Below are positions 30,036 to 39,514 of a stretch of DNA of 64,000 nucleotides, piece after piece. Each line of letters starts with the position of its first letter. Positions within the stretch are counted from its first letter, which is position 1. The notes beneath the pieces are model-generated. The model searched no databases. It saw only the letters and a list, made by a program, of their open reading frames with translations, and was not told the origin of the DNA. This stretch comes from Candidatus Saccharibacteria bacterium RIFCSPHIGHO2_12_FULL_47_16b (GTDB taxonomy: Bacteria; Patescibacteriota; Saccharimonadia; Saccharimonadales; UBA10212), in assembly GCA_001790525.1 (NCBI GenBank), contig MGCU01000023.1, positions 5,659 to 69,658 on the forward strand, read 5' to 3'. The position numbers and the translations under genes were made by a program.

Positions 30036-30122
30036 TGGTGCTGGGGGAGGGATTCGAACCCCCGAAGGCGTAAAGCCGTTTGATTTACAGTCAAATGCGT
30101 TTGGCCACTTCGCTACCCCAGC
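30036..30122 (-). tRNA. tRNA-Tyr(GTA)
   Basis: Cloverleaf with long variable arm; TTTGA-CTGTAAA-TCAAA; CCA. Confidence 0.95.
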
Positions 30123-30124
30123 GC

Positions 30125-30201
30125 TGGAGCCGACGAGCGGATTCGAACCGCTGACATGCTGTTTACAAAACAGCTGCTCTGGCCAGCTGAGCTACGTCGG
30201 C
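30125..30201 (-). tRNA. tRNA-Thr(TGT)
   Basis: Cloverleaf; GCTGT-TTTGTAA-ACAGC; CCA. Confidence 0.95.
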
Positions 30202-30232
30202 ATTAACCACAAAGAGTTTAACAAAACAGGGG

Positions 30233-30883
30233 TCAGATTACAACTCGGCGGGGGCGGACTAGTCTTTTGGGTTGGCTGGCCGCCGCTAGGCGGTTTAGTT
30301 TTTTACGTACCCTGGCGGTTTCGTCCTTCATCCCTCGCTCTTCATAGGCGTTTAACAGCAGGTTGTAACTTTCGGCGGTCGGTTCTATTCTAGCCGCAAC
30401 TTCTAGTTCATGCATCATATGTTTATCATTACCTAGCTTTTCCTGAACTTTGGCATAAGCAATATGCCGAGCCGCCAAATTATCTTCGAGTCTTAAGGCT
30501 TGCTCAAAAGCGGTAGCGGCCTTAGGGTAATTTTCCGTCTCGTAGTAAATCAGTCCTAGATTGTGCAAACTTGAGGCGCTTGGCTCGATAGAGCTAGCTA
30601 TCTCAAAACAATCAATGGCGTCGCGGTATTCGCGTTGCTTGGCGTAAAGGATGCCGAGCCGGTTGTAGGCGGCAGCATTTTTTTCATCTATTTTTAAGAT
30701 TGTCAGCAAGGCTTTTTCAGCCCGCAATAGGCGATTTTCACGCATACCATAATGGGCAATTTCCCATAATTTGCTTAATCGATTACCGATGAAGCGTGGC
30801 ACTTCCGTTAAGGTGGTTATCGATTTGGCGCCGTGATAATAAACAAGATAGGCAAAAATCAAAAATAAAAGGACTGAATACAT
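30233..30883 (-). CDS. Membrane-anchored TPR protein
   Basis: N-terminal TM; AYNRLG / LHNLG TPR motifs. Confidence 0.85.
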   Translation of the reverse strand: MYSVLLFLIFAYLVYYHGAKSITTLTEVPRFIGNRLSKLWEIAHYGMRENRLLRAEKALLTILKIDEKNAAAYNRLGILYAKQREYRDAIDCFEIASSIEPSASSLHNLGLIYYETENYPKAATAFEQALRLEDNLAARHIAYAKVQEKLGNDKHMMHELEVAARIEPTAESYNLLLNAYEERGMKDETARVRKKLNRLAAASQPKRLVRPRRVVI

Positions 30884-30893
30884 CAGGCGCTCG

Positions 30894-31016
30894 CTACTCT
30901 CGCTTCAATTTACAATTTACAATTTTCAATGAAACATCAATGGAGTAATGATTCATAGAATTGGCACATTGATTACTTGAGCATTCATTGAGTCTTGACC
31001 ATAGGGCATTGAGCAT
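30894..31016 (-). other. Bridge-type mini-ORF 7 (before TPR gene), 40 aa
   Basis: ATG 7 nt after TATAAT; MLNALWSRL...SLKIVNCKLKRE*; stop 10 nt before the next ATG. Confidence 0.6.
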
Positions 31017-31034
31017 TGATAAGATTATAACAGT

Positions 31035-31937
31035 TCAGACCTTTAGATTAAGGCAGAGCGACAGATAGATAGCCCTGGTGTTGCTGTTATTTTCTAATGA
31101 TAGCTTTAAATTCTGAATTAGTTTTAGCGAACTAATGAACTTTTTATGCAGATCAGCGCTCGGCTTAGATGAAGGCTGACTGATCGTTAGACTTTGCAAG
31201 GCGTGCAAAACCAGACCGAGAGCATCTAAAAATAATGATAGGCTTTCCCTATCCGTTGATACTGATGAGCTATCCAGAAGACGTTCGTACTTTGACTGGC
31301 TGATAAATTGTTTAGCCAATCTTACGGCTTGCCTTAACTCGTGATCTTCCTCGTTTAACAGCAGAGTCTGCATTAAACCCGGGCGGCCACCGCTAATCTG
31401 CCAAGCATTGGTAATCTCTATTTTTGGAAATTGCTTTGCAAAAAACTTTTGGCTATCGGCTAAACTAACAGGCAGCAACTCTATTAATCTGGCTCGAGAC
31501 ACGACCGTCCCTGTTAAATTTGATGAACTGTCAACAGTCAGGATAAAAACTGTATCAACTGGCGGTTCTTCGAGGGTTTTAAGAAAGGCATTTTGGGCCT
31601 CCTCGCTCATATGTTGGGCGTTTTCGACCACCACCAGTCTTCTAATTTCGCCTTTGCCGGTGGTGTGTAGTTTGAGTTTAGAAATTACGTCCCGGATTGC
31701 ATCAATCGAAATATCTTTCTTATCTTTTTGTCGCTTAATGTGAATAAAGTACGGATAACTAAATAAAGCTTTATAGTCTAATAAGCCAAGCAGTTGGCAG
31801 CCTATAAACTGACTAACTTGAAATTTACCGATTCCGCTTGGACCGGCCAATAATAAAAAGTGTCTGGGTTTTCTGATAAATAGTTCGATTTGCGACGCAG
31901 CTGCTGGATTAAGCAAGAGTTTTAGATTCGACTTCAC
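31035..31937 (-). CDS. holB: DNA polymerase III delta'
   Basis: GPSGIGK, ISIDAIR, AQNAFLKTLEEPP. Confidence 0.85.
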   Translation of the reverse strand: MKSNLKLLLNPAAASQIELFIRKPRHFLLLAGPSGIGKFQVSQFIGCQLLGLLDYKALFSYPYFIHIKRQKDKKDISIDAIRDVISKLKLHTTGKGEIRRLVVVENAQHMSEEAQNAFLKTLEEPPVDTVFILTVDSSSNLTGTVVSRARLIELLPVSLADSQKFFAKQFPKIEITNAWQISGGRPGLMQTLLLNEEDHELRQAVRLAKQFISQSKYERLLDSSSVSTDRESLSLFLDALGLVLHALQSLTISQPSSKPSADLHKKFISSLKLIQNLKLSLENNSNTRAIYLSLCLNLKV

Positions 31938-32806
31938 TAAACAAACTCCTTAAATTTTGCCGACAGCGGCGCTTCAAATTTTTTAAGTACGCCATTCGGT
32001 AGTTTAATCTCAAGATTTTTAGCGTGTAACCGCATTTGACCCCCGGCTTTACCATAGACTGAATCTCCCACTATCGAGTGGCCGATGAATGAGCAATGGA
32101 CTCGTAGTTGGTGCGTGCGGCCAGTTTCTGGACTTAGCTCCACCAAAGAATAAATCTTATCATTTATATTCATCGATTTAATTAAGCGGTATTTGGTTTG
32201 AGCAGTTTTACCCAGTGAACTGACTTTAAAAGTCTGCGGCTTTTTAGGATTACGGGCAATTGGCGCATCGATTATAGCTGTCGGTTCCTTTGGCTTACCT
32301 TCTAAAACCGCCAGGTAGGTTTTTTTAACTTTACGGTTAGCAAATTGTTTTTGCAGCCACTGCCGAACTGATTCATTCTTGGCAGCAATAATTACGCCGC
32401 TGGTTTCTCGATCAAGCCGGTGAACGATGCCGGCGCGATTACTAGATGGTTTATCAGTTAGTTTCGGCCTAATGAAACTAGCCACAGTCGCTTCAGTGTT
32501 AATGGCGCCCTTGGAATGCGTCAAGATACCACTCGGTTTATCTATTACTATTACGTCTTTATCTTCATAAATAATCGGCAGCTCTATTTTTGGCGGCCGT
32601 TTGGTTAATGCTGATTTATCGATAGATATTGTCTGGCCGGGTCTTAATTTGTGACCCGGTTTAGCCGGTTTGCCATTGATGTTTACTAGGCCTTGCATGA
32701 ATAGTAGCTTAAGCGATGAACGGCTAAATTTAGGGTTGTGACTAGCTACAAACACATCAGCCCTGACACCGGAATATTTATCTGTTACAGTCAATTTTTG
32801 CATCAA
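31937..32806 (-). CDS. RluA/RluD family pseudouridine synthase
   Basis: S4 domain, HRLDRETSG, TGRTHQLRVH. Confidence 0.93.
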   Translation of the reverse strand: MMQKLTVTDKYSGVRADVFVASHNPKFSRSSLKLLFMQGLVNINGKPAKPGHKLRPGQTISIDKSALTKRPPKIELPIIYEDKDVIVIDKPSGILTHSKGAINTEATVASFIRPKLTDKPSSNRAGIVHRLDRETSGVIIAAKNESVRQWLQKQFANRKVKKTYLAVLEGKPKEPTAIIDAPIARNPKKPQTFKVSSLGKTAQTKYRLIKSMNINDKIYSLVELSPETGRTHQLRVHCSFIGHSIVGDSVYGKAGGQMRLHAKNLEIKLPNGVLKKFEAPLSAKFKEFV

Positions 32807-32817
32807 CTTTGATGGGT

Positions 32818-33897
32818 TCAGAGCGGCCGAAGACCAACTGCTTTCTGAACCTTTAGGAGTGTGGCCTCGGCAACTTGGCGCATAGCCAATTCGTCAGCCT
32901 CTAGTTTTTGCATTAACTCTCGATCATCAACAGCTTTGAGTTTAGCATGAAGGTTTGACAGAAAAGCACTGACGTTTTTAGCGACTAGTTGCTTGAAATC
33001 TTCGTAGTTCATCTCGCTGACGTTGGCTTCGGAGCCAGGGCTCAGTAGTTTCAAGATTTGTAGCAGATTAGCGATACCCGGCCGCGACTCAAAATCGGGG
33101 CTACCAACCTTAGCTTGGTTGTCAGTCGTGGCTGTCATTATTTTCTTAGCCGCTTCTTCGGGCTTATCGCTGAGCATGATAGTACCAGCTGGGTCATCAA
33201 TGCTTTTGCTCATTTTCCTGTCCGGATTACGCAGACTGCGGATACGTACAGGCTCCTGTGTACCAACAAATTTAGCCTGTTCTTTAATGGTTGCCGGTAA
33301 CACAAACATCTCGCCAAAGCGCTTGTTAAAGCGCTCGGCTAGATCACGAGTAAACTCCAGATGCTGACGCTGATCTTCGCCGACAGGGACGTATTTGGCA
33401 CCATAAAGAAGAATATCGGCTGCCATCAACACCGGGTAATTGAAAAGGCCGACATTGGCCGTACCGCCAGCCAGCATCATTTCTTTAACCCGCTCGATGT
33501 CGCTAGTAATCTGTTCGGCGTCATTGCCGGCTTTAGCGGCTTTATCTTTAAACTGTGTCATCCGGTTAAGCTCACCCAGATAGGTGAAGCAGTCCAATAT
33601 CCAAGTCAGCTCGGAATGAGCCGGTATATAGCTTTGGCGGTAAATAAACGTATCAGGCTGGTCGATATCTAGTCCGGCAGCAACGAAAACTTTCAGATTT
33701 TGGTGGGTTTGGTCGTAGAGCGTACCATGATCGATTGGTGTGGTAAAGCTATGTAAATCCGGAATAAACATATTCAGCTGATACTCGCCCGCATGTTTCT
33801 GTTGGAGTTTTACCATAGGCAAGATAGCACCGAGGTAATTGCCTAGGTGAAACTCATCATTGGACCTAAGCCCAGTTAAAATAACCTCTTTGTTCAT
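32818..33897 (-). CDS. trpS: Tryptophan-tRNA ligase
   Basis: HLGNYLG, YPVLMAADIL, VPVGEDQ, KMSKS. Confidence 0.96.
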   Translation of the reverse strand: MNKEVILTGLRSNDEFHLGNYLGAILPMVKLQQKHAGEYQLNMFIPDLHSFTTPIDHGTLYDQTHQNLKVFVAAGLDIDQPDTFIYRQSYIPAHSELTWILDCFTYLGELNRMTQFKDKAAKAGNDAEQITSDIERVKEMMLAGGTANVGLFNYPVLMAADILLYGAKYVPVGEDQRQHLEFTRDLAERFNKRFGEMFVLPATIKEQAKFVGTQEPVRIRSLRNPDRKMSKSIDDPAGTIMLSDKPEEAAKKIMTATTDNQAKVGSPDFESRPGIANLLQILKLLSPGSEANVSEMNYEDFKQLVAKNVSAFLSNLHAKLKAVDDRELMQKLEADELAMRQVAEATLLKVQKAVGLRPL

Positions 33898-33906
33898 TGT
33901 GTCTAA

Positions 33907-34176
33907 TTATATCGTATCCTGTTGTCTAGCATCTAAATCCTTCAGGAAGGCCAGAATTTCTTCAGGCGAACGAGCATCATCAGTGATTTCAACACCCATA
34001 TGCTTCAACTCTGATAAAGCCTGATCGCGAGCCTCTATCCTTGCAAGCATGGACTGAGTGATCATTGCTTCATCCTCAGTCGCAATACCTACCGCTAGCC
34101 TCACCGCATAGTAACCAGGCATACCGGATAGCACAGTCCTTTCGACGGGCTGATCTTCGCTATTACTTGAATTCAT
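33907..34176 (-). CDS. Hypothetical protein
   Basis: 89-aa ORF with AGGA upstream; ends 9 nt before trpS. Confidence 0.55.
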   Translation of the reverse strand: MNSSNSEDQPVERTVLSGMPGYYAVRLAVGIATEDEAMITQSMLARIEARDQALSELKHMGVEITDDARSPEEILAFLKDLDARQQDTI

Positions 34177-34198
34177 ATTCCTACCTTTCTTTAAAATT

Positions 34199-34317
34199 AA
34201 AAAAACCGCCTGGTGGCGGTTTTCTGTGTACTTTGGTTAATATTTTGAGTAACTTTAGCAATACCGCCACGTCATGGTGTGAGTCCAGTAATAAAATCTG
34301 TTAAACTTGTGACTCAT
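34199..34317 (-). promoter_or_regulatory. Trp attenuator-like leader 2
   Basis: Peptide MSHKFNRFYYWTHTMTWRYC (34255-34317) plus AACCGCC-ACCA-GGCGGTTTTTTT terminator. Confidence 0.6.
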
Positions 34318-34537
34318 TTTTCACTTTCACTGCTTCGAAATCGACATATGCTCCGTTGAGCTTAACTGCACCTTCGCCTGCAGCTAAGACTCCTGGCGGT
34401 AGATCACCTATATCTCTGTATCTAACCAGAACTTCTATCATGCGGTCGCCTAAAGGATCCGGCCAAGGCCAGGCTAATCTCCGGTCGCTGTACCCCTTTG
34501 TTATGGGAGCGTTTTCAAATACATTTTGTCCTCTCAT
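34301..34537 (-). CDS. Hypothetical protein
   Basis: 78-aa ORF with AAGGA upstream. Confidence 0.55.
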   Translation of the reverse strand: MRGQNVFENAPITKGYSDRRLAWPWPDPLGDRMIEVLVRYRDIGDLPPGVLAAGEGAVKLNGAYVDFEAVKVKNESQV

Positions 34538-34557
34538 TTGTTATCCTTTTCTAAATT

Positions 34558-34677
34558 AAAAAACCCGCCTTTTGGGCGGTTAGTTCTTGATTAATTTTAT
34601 GTTAATTATGCACGCATAGAAGAAACCGCCACTTGGTGGGTAATAAACCAGTAGAGATTCATAATTCGCATAACCAT
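34558..34677 (-). promoter_or_regulatory. Trp attenuator-like leader 1
   Basis: Peptide MVMRIMNLYWFITHQVAVSSMRA (34606-34677) plus ACCGCC-CAAAA-GGCGGGTTTTT terminator. Confidence 0.55.
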
Positions 34678-34721
34678 GCGCCTAAATTAGCAACATTTTA
34701 CAGCAAATGCAAGCATAAACA

Positions 34722-35120
34722 TTACCGTTTGGAGTATTGTTGCTTTTTGCGAGCTCCTCTTAGGCCGTATTTTTTGCGTTCTTTCTCGCGCGGATCACGA
34801 CCTAGTAAAGCTGATTTTTTCAAACTGCCGTGGAAATCGGGATTCATCTCGACCAGTGCTTTAGCGATGCCTAATCGAATGGCACCGGTTTGACTGGGAT
34901 GACCGCCACCATTGACCCTGACATTAACATCGTACTTTTCTGGGTCTAATTCCAAAGTGTGGAAGGGTTTTAAGGCTTGGTGCTGTAAGTATTTACTATC
35001 GGCGAAGTATTCCTTCCAGCCCTTATTATTGACGGTAAATAAGCCTTTGCCGTTAGATAATCTGACGCGGGCGGTCGAACTTTTGCGTCTACCAAGGCCG
35101 TAAAAGTAACTGGCTACCAT
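34722..35120 (-). CDS. rpsI: 30S ribosomal protein S9
   Basis: GRRKSSTARV, ERKKYGL, QYSKR. Confidence 0.96.
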   Translation of the reverse strand: MVASYFYGLGRRKSSTARVRLSNGKGLFTVNNKGWKEYFADSKYLQHQALKPFHTLELDPEKYDVNVRVNGGGHPSQTGAIRLGIAKALVEMNPDFHGSLKKSALLGRDPREKERKKYGLRGARKKQQYSKR

Positions 35121-35560
35121 CACTTAACCTCTTTATTAAAGTAATCGATGGGTTTTTGACCGCTGTGATTATGCTCGCTACCGGCATAAACCTTTAATCG
35201 CTTCAGACGAGCCGGGCGCAGCTTATTAACAGGTAACATGCCACGGACCGATCTCATGATTACTTTTGTCGGATTACGCTTTGTTTGATCGGCTAAGCTA
35301 CGTTTATAAAGTCCGCCAGGGTAACCGCTATGACGATAAAAAATTTTATCGCGCATTTTATTACCAGTAATCTTAAGCTTTGAGGCGTTGATGACAATTA
35401 CATAGTCACCGCTATCTACGTGCGGTGTTTGAGTGGTTTTATCTTTACCGATTAATAATCGGGCAGCCACCGTGGATAATCGTCCAAGCGGCAGCTTGGT
35501 GGCATCCAGGAGATACCACTTACGTGTAACATCCTTTGCTTTAGCAGCATACGTTTTCAT
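35120..35560 (-). CDS. rplM: 50S ribosomal protein L13
   Basis: WYLLDA, LGRL, HSGYPGG, VRGMLP. Confidence 0.96.
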   Translation of the reverse strand: MKTYAAKAKDVTRKWYLLDATKLPLGRLSTVAARLLIGKDKTTQTPHVDSGDYVIVINASKLKITGNKMRDKIFYRHSGYPGGLYKRSLADQTKRNPTKVIMRSVRGMLPVNKLRPARLKRLKVYAGSEHNHSGQKPIDYFNKEVK

Positions 35561-36021
35561 GAACGGACCTTAGCCTTGGCTTTAGTTGGCGTCTTGGCTT
35601 TTTTAGCAGTTATGTCAGCGGCTTTCTCAGCTTTTGACTTGCCGGGTGAAGCTGTCTGTTCTTGTTTGGCCGGCTTGATTTTTCTTAAGTCATCGACAAA
35701 TTTGACCTCTGCAAGTTGGGTAGCGTCGCCTCGACGTAAAGCGCTTTTACTAATACGGAAATAACCACTATTTCGAGCGGTCAACTTTGGCGTTAACTCC
35801 TCAACCAGTTTATGGGCGGCTTCTTTGCTAGCCAGAGCTTGGATAACCTGACGCCGGCTAGCTAAGTTGGTCGTTTTAGCTTTGGTGATTAGTTTTTCGG
35901 TATAGCTAACCACGGCTTTGGCTTTTGGCAAACTGGTCTTTAACGATTCGTTTAATATTAAGGAGTCAGCTAAAGACTTTATCAGGGCTCGTCGTTGGTC
36001 ACGTTGACGGTGAAACTTCAC
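35557..36021 (-). CDS. rplQ: 50S ribosomal protein L17
   Basis: TSLPKAK, EKLITKAK, RRGDA; GTG 36021. Confidence 0.92.
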   Translation of the reverse strand: MKFHRQRDQRRALIKSLADSLILNESLKTSLPKAKAVVSYTEKLITKAKTTNLASRRQVIQALASKEAAHKLVEELTPKLTARNSGYFRISKSALRRGDATQLAEVKFVDDLRKIKPAKQEQTASPGKSKAEKAADITAKKAKTPTKAKAKVRS

Positions 36022-36182
36022 ATACACCTCCGGTGCTCGGTTTTCAGTTTACCGTTTACAGTCTTCAGTAAGTTGACAGTTTTCAATTTACAGTTATTCA
36101 GTGTTGCTACATTGATCATTGATAACTGATTGTTCATTGTGAATTGTGAATTGTAAATTGTAAATTGGAATGACGCAGTCAT
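36018..36182 (-). other. Bridge mini-ORF 8 (rpoA to rplQ), 54 aa
   Basis: MTASFQFTIYNSQF...GKLKTEHRRCM*; ATG 2 nt after TAG; GTGA overlap. Confidence 0.78.
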
Positions 36183-36184
36183 GA

Positions 36185-37126
36185 CTAGAGCTCCAGGCTA
36201 GCTAGTTTCTCCTTAACCTCTTCCAGGGCCTTATTGCCAAAACCTTTTAGGTCACGCAGTTCGGCTTCGCTCAAAGATATTAAGTCCTTAATGGTATGAA
36301 TGTCATTGTTGATTAAGGCATTGGTGGTTCTGGCACTAAGGTTAAGATCTTCGATGGTAGTCATTAGTTCGGCCGGCTCTTCGCCCTCGGCGCTGACCTC
36401 GCTTATCTCTTCCGGCAAAATTGAACCAGCTTCGACGCGAGTTTGACCCGCTAAAGCCGTGTACTGGTTAACTAAAATGGCAGCGGCTTCTTCAAATGCT
36501 TCACGAGGCGTAATTGTGCCGTCTGTATTGATGGTGATAAGTAATTTATCGAGATCAGTCATTTGGCCGACACGGGTATTTTCCACCTTATAGCGAACCC
36601 TTAAGACCGGCGAGAATAGGGCGTCCATCAATATTAGATCGGTTGCCTTTTTGGTTGAGCCTTGTTCATCAAGCACGCGATAGCCGCGGCCGGCCTCAAC
36701 CATAATCTCGGCATTGAAAGTAGCTTTAGCATCGTCGATAGTGCAAATTAAATGGTCTGGGTTAACTACTTCTACGTCAGCGTTAAGTCGAATATCTTTG
36801 GCAGTTACTTTAGACTTGCCCTTTTTGGAAATTTTTAGGGTTTGCGGTTCATTGCTAAATACTTTAAATCTAATGCCTTTTAGGTTCATCATAATCGCTA
36901 CAACGTCTTCTTTAATGCCAGCTATGGTCGAGAATTCGTGGCTAACACCGTCAATTCTAAAGCCAGTCACGGCTGCACCGGAAATGCTCGATAGCAATAC
37001 TCGACGCAGGCTATTGCCAAGCGTCATACCATAGCCGGGGTGCAAAGGCTCGATGGCAAAGGTTGAACTATACGGTCCATGGTCATCGATTTTGGCTAGT
37101 GATGGGTTGTGAATATATTTAGTCAT
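36185..37126 (-). CDS. rpoA: RNA polymerase alpha subunit
   Basis: GYGMTLGNSLRRVLLSS, HEFST, alpha-CTD. Confidence 0.97.
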   Translation of the reverse strand: MTKYIHNPSLAKIDDHGPYSSTFAIEPLHPGYGMTLGNSLRRVLLSSISGAAVTGFRIDGVSHEFSTIAGIKEDVVAIMMNLKGIRFKVFSNEPQTLKISKKGKSKVTAKDIRLNADVEVVNPDHLICTIDDAKATFNAEIMVEAGRGYRVLDEQGSTKKATDLILMDALFSPVLRVRYKVENTRVGQMTDLDKLLITINTDGTITPREAFEEAAAILVNQYTALAGQTRVEAGSILPEEISEVSAEGEEPAELMTTIEDLNLSARTTNALINNDIHTIKDLISLSEAELRDLKGFGNKALEEVKEKLASLEL

Positions 37127-37141
37127 ATATAAATCTCCTTG

Positions 37142-37762
37142 TTAACGTGAGTAAAACTCAATAATTAGTTGCTCTTTAATATCTGGCTCAGCGTCATCGC
37201 GGCTTGGTTGACCGCTAAGCTTTATCTTGAAGTTCTTTCTATCAACTTTCAGCCAAGCTGGAGTGGCTGAGGGTGCTGGCGAAAGCTCATCTATATTTTT
37301 GAAGTAACTGGTTGTTTTAGCAGAATCACGGAGTACTAACTCGTCACTAATGTCTAATCTGATTGATGGTATGTCTGTCCGGCGGCCATTTAACATAAAG
37401 TGGCCGTGGCTGACTAGTTGACGGGCTGCCGGCCTGGAAACAGCCAAACCAGCTCGATAGATAACATTGTCCAGCCGTCTTTCTAAAAATTCCAGTAGTT
37501 TTATGCCGGATTCACCTTTACTACGCAATGCCTCGTTTACCAACTTCACAAACTGTTTTTCTAATAACCCATAAAGCCGTTTAACTTTTTGCTTTTCCCG
37601 CAGTTGAAGGGCATATTGGCTGGGTTTTCTGGGCCGGCCACCACCACCTGGCGTCGTACCGGGAGCGGTCGTTCTTTTGACCAAGACCTTATGGGCTTTT
37701 GGATGAAGTGCATAGCCCTCGCGGCGAGACCGTTTTACGATGGAACCTAGGTCCCTAGCCAT
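37142..37762 (-). CDS. rpsD: 30S ribosomal protein S4
   Basis: QLREKQK, LERRLDN, ARQLVSHGH, IIEFYSR. Confidence 0.96.
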   Translation of the reverse strand: MARDLGSIVKRSRREGYALHPKAHKVLVKRTTAPGTTPGGGGRPRKPSQYALQLREKQKVKRLYGLLEKQFVKLVNEALRSKGESGIKLLEFLERRLDNVIYRAGLAVSRPAARQLVSHGHFMLNGRRTDIPSIRLDISDELVLRDSAKTTSYFKNIDELSPAPSATPAWLKVDRKNFKIKLSGQPSRDDAEPDIKEQLIIEFYSR

Positions 37763-37863
37763 CAGGCGCACATCCGGTGCTCAAAATTCAAAAACCAAAT
37801 ACCAAACATCAGAGGGTTTGAACTTTGAAATTTGAAAATTGAAGTTTGGAATGACGCAGTCAT
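37762..37863 (-). other. Bridge mini-ORF 9 (rpsK to rpsD), 33 aa
   Basis: MTASFQTSIFKFQSSNPLMFGIWFLNFEHRMCA*; TGATG overlap. Confidence 0.78.
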
Positions 37864-37865
37864 GA

Positions 37866-38321
37866 CTAGTTCCTTTTAGCCTTTCTTGGTCGAGTGCCGC
37901 CGTGCGGAATGCCAGTCTTATCTCTTATGGTTTCGACGGTTAGTCTCTGATTAATCAATGTCCGGATGGCCGAATCACGGCCCAAGCCAATGCCAGTGAC
38001 GATAACATCTACTTTGGCAATACCGAATGTTTTGGCGTCAGTCAGCGCTTTTTCAGTAGCCACTTGGGCGGCATAAGCTGTTCCTTTTTTCGAACCCCTA
38101 AAGCCGCTGCTGCCGGCACTAGCTGAAGCCAAAACGTTGCCTTGCTCATCGGTTACAGACACAACTGTGTTATTAAAACTTGCCAAAATATGAACTTGAC
38201 CGCGACTAACTTGACGCTTTAGCTTTTTGCGCTTGGTTACGGTCTTTGGTTTTTCGTCAGTAATTTCTGCCGTTTCAACCGGTTTTACTTGTTCACTGCT
38301 TTGACCTTCTTTAACTACCAT
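37866..38321 (-). CDS. rpsK: 30S ribosomal protein S11
   Basis: ASFNNT, GSKKGTAYAAQ, IPHGG. Confidence 0.96.
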   Translation of the reverse strand: MVVKEGQSSEQVKPVETAEITDEKPKTVTKRKKLKRQVSRGQVHILASFNNTVVSVTDEQGNVLASASAGSSGFRGSKKGTAYAAQVATEKALTDAKTFGIAKVDVIVTGIGLGRDSAIRTLINQRLTVETIRDKTGIPHGGTRPRKAKRN

Positions 38322-38440
38322 ACGCTCCTTTCAGTCGCTTTAGGGTCTAGGGTGTAGGCTATAGGGGATAGTTTGCCAAAAAGTATTTCTAGACCCTTGC
38401 CCCTTGCCCCTAGTCCCTGATGATGAATGCAATGAATCAT
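38315..38440 (-). other. Bridge mini-ORF 10 (rpsM to rpsK), 41 aa
   Basis: MIHCIHHQGLGARGKGLEIL...KATERSVW*; CTAGGGG/CAAGGGG heptamers. Confidence 0.75.
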
Positions 38441-38441
38441 C

Positions 38442-38828
38442 TTATGTTTTACTCGGTGCTTTCCTAGCGGTTCCACCTACTGTTATACGCTTACCGCGAC
38501 GAGTCCGGGCGTTAGTTCTGGTGCGCTGGCCACGGGTTGGTAAATTAGCAGCGTGGCGTAAGCCACGATAAGCATTGATGTCCTTCAAGCGCTTAATATT
38601 AGCGGTTACTGTTTTATGGAGCTCACCTTCAATGGTGTAATCGCTAGTGATAACATCTTGCAGTTTTGAGATTTCGCTATCTGTCAACTTTTTTACCCTA
38701 ATAGTTGGTTCAATGTTGGCTTTATCAAGGATTTGATGGCTAATCTTTGGACCAATGCCGTAGATGTAAGTTAAAGCTACTTGAACTTGTTTTTCGTCTG
38801 GAATTACCACACCGGCTAGTCGAGCCAT
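38442..38828 (-). CDS. rpsM: 30S ribosomal protein S13
   Basis: LTYIYGIG, YRGLRH, RGQRTRTNARTR. Confidence 0.97.
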   Translation of the reverse strand: MARLAGVVIPDEKQVQVALTYIYGIGPKISHQILDKANIEPTIRVKKLTDSEISKLQDVITSDYTIEGELHKTVTANIKRLKDINAYRGLRHAANLPTRGQRTRTNARTRRGKRITVGGTARKAPSKT

Positions 38829-38962
38829 CAGACGTTCTCTCCGGTCGCTTCAAACCCTAAGTTCGAAGTTCTAAACTCTAAAGTTTGGTAATTGGAATTT
38901 AGGATTTGGAAATTGTTTAGAAATTCGGGTTTAGAAATTAGGTATTGGAATGTCGAAGGCAT
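38828..38962 (-). other. Bridge mini-ORF 11 (rpmJ to rpsM), 44 aa
   Basis: MPSTFQYLISKPEFLNNF...GFEATGENV*; TGATG overlap. Confidence 0.78.
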
Positions 38963-38965
38963 GAC

Positions 38966-39082
38966 TTAACCTTGCCTCTGTTTATTACGAGGTTTCTTTT
39001 TATTAATCACATAAACTCGGCCTTTGCGACGAACAATGATGTCGCTTGGGCTGATTTTTTTTACGCTAGCACGCACCTTCAT
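38966..39082 (-). CDS. rpmJ: 50S ribosomal protein L36 (Cys-free form; not in ORF track)
   Basis: [38 protein letters not shown]. Confidence 0.95.
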   Translation of the reverse strand: MKVRASVKKISPSDIIVRRKGRVYVINKKKPRNKQRQG

Positions 39083-39124
39083 TCAGAACTGGTTCTCCCT
39101 TGTTATTCCAGATTTTTCAAAATC

Positions 39125-39216
39125 GATGCAGTTTGGAGTGAAGACCGAGGATCGTAAGCAAGCTGTATTGCGTAATACTGCGAGTGCGACCCGGAGGTTT
39201 TCGCCCAAAATGCGCG
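39125..39216 (+). repeat. Class II hairpin repeat, copy 3 (diverged)
   Basis: GATGCAG...GAAGACCGAGGA...GCTGTATTGCGTAATAC...AATGCGC. Confidence 0.5.
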
Positions 39217-39233
39217 ATTTGTGAAAGATCTGG

Positions 39234-39455
39234 TTAATTTTCGCGGTAGGTTATCCGACCCTTCGTCAGATCGTAAGGTGTCAATTCTACCTTAACGCGG
39301 TCGCCAGGCACTAGGCGGATATAGTGTTTCCGCATGCGTCCAGCGATGTGAGCTATAATTTTATGGCCGTTTTCCAATTCGACTTTGAACTGGGTACCTG
39401 GCAGGGCTTCAACAACAGTCCCGGCCAGCTCAATTACCTCTTTTTCACGAACCAT
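39234..39455 (-). CDS. infA: Translation initiation factor IF-1
   Basis: [21 protein letters not shown]. Confidence 0.97.
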   Translation of the reverse strand: MVREKEVIELAGTVVEALPGTQFKVELENGHKIIAHIAGRMRKHYIRLVPGDRVKVELTPYDLTKGRITYREN

Positions 39456-39514
39456 AAATATAACCTGAAGATTATATCAAGTCGGAAGGTTTTTTGCAAA
39501 GTGTTTTTAAAGAG

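Noticed and set aside
29676-30393. ORFs 29676-30017 and 29902-30393
   Set aside because: They overlap tRNA genes and hairpin repeats; likely spurious.
34199-34700. T-box riboswitch before trpS
   Set aside because: No T-box consensus or stem I found; a leader-peptide attenuator fits better.
36018-36182. Bridge elements as self-splicing introns or classical IS/MITEs
   Set aside because: They lie between genes, lack group I/II cores, and show no common terminal inverted repeat, target duplication or transposase; their mobility is not demonstrated.
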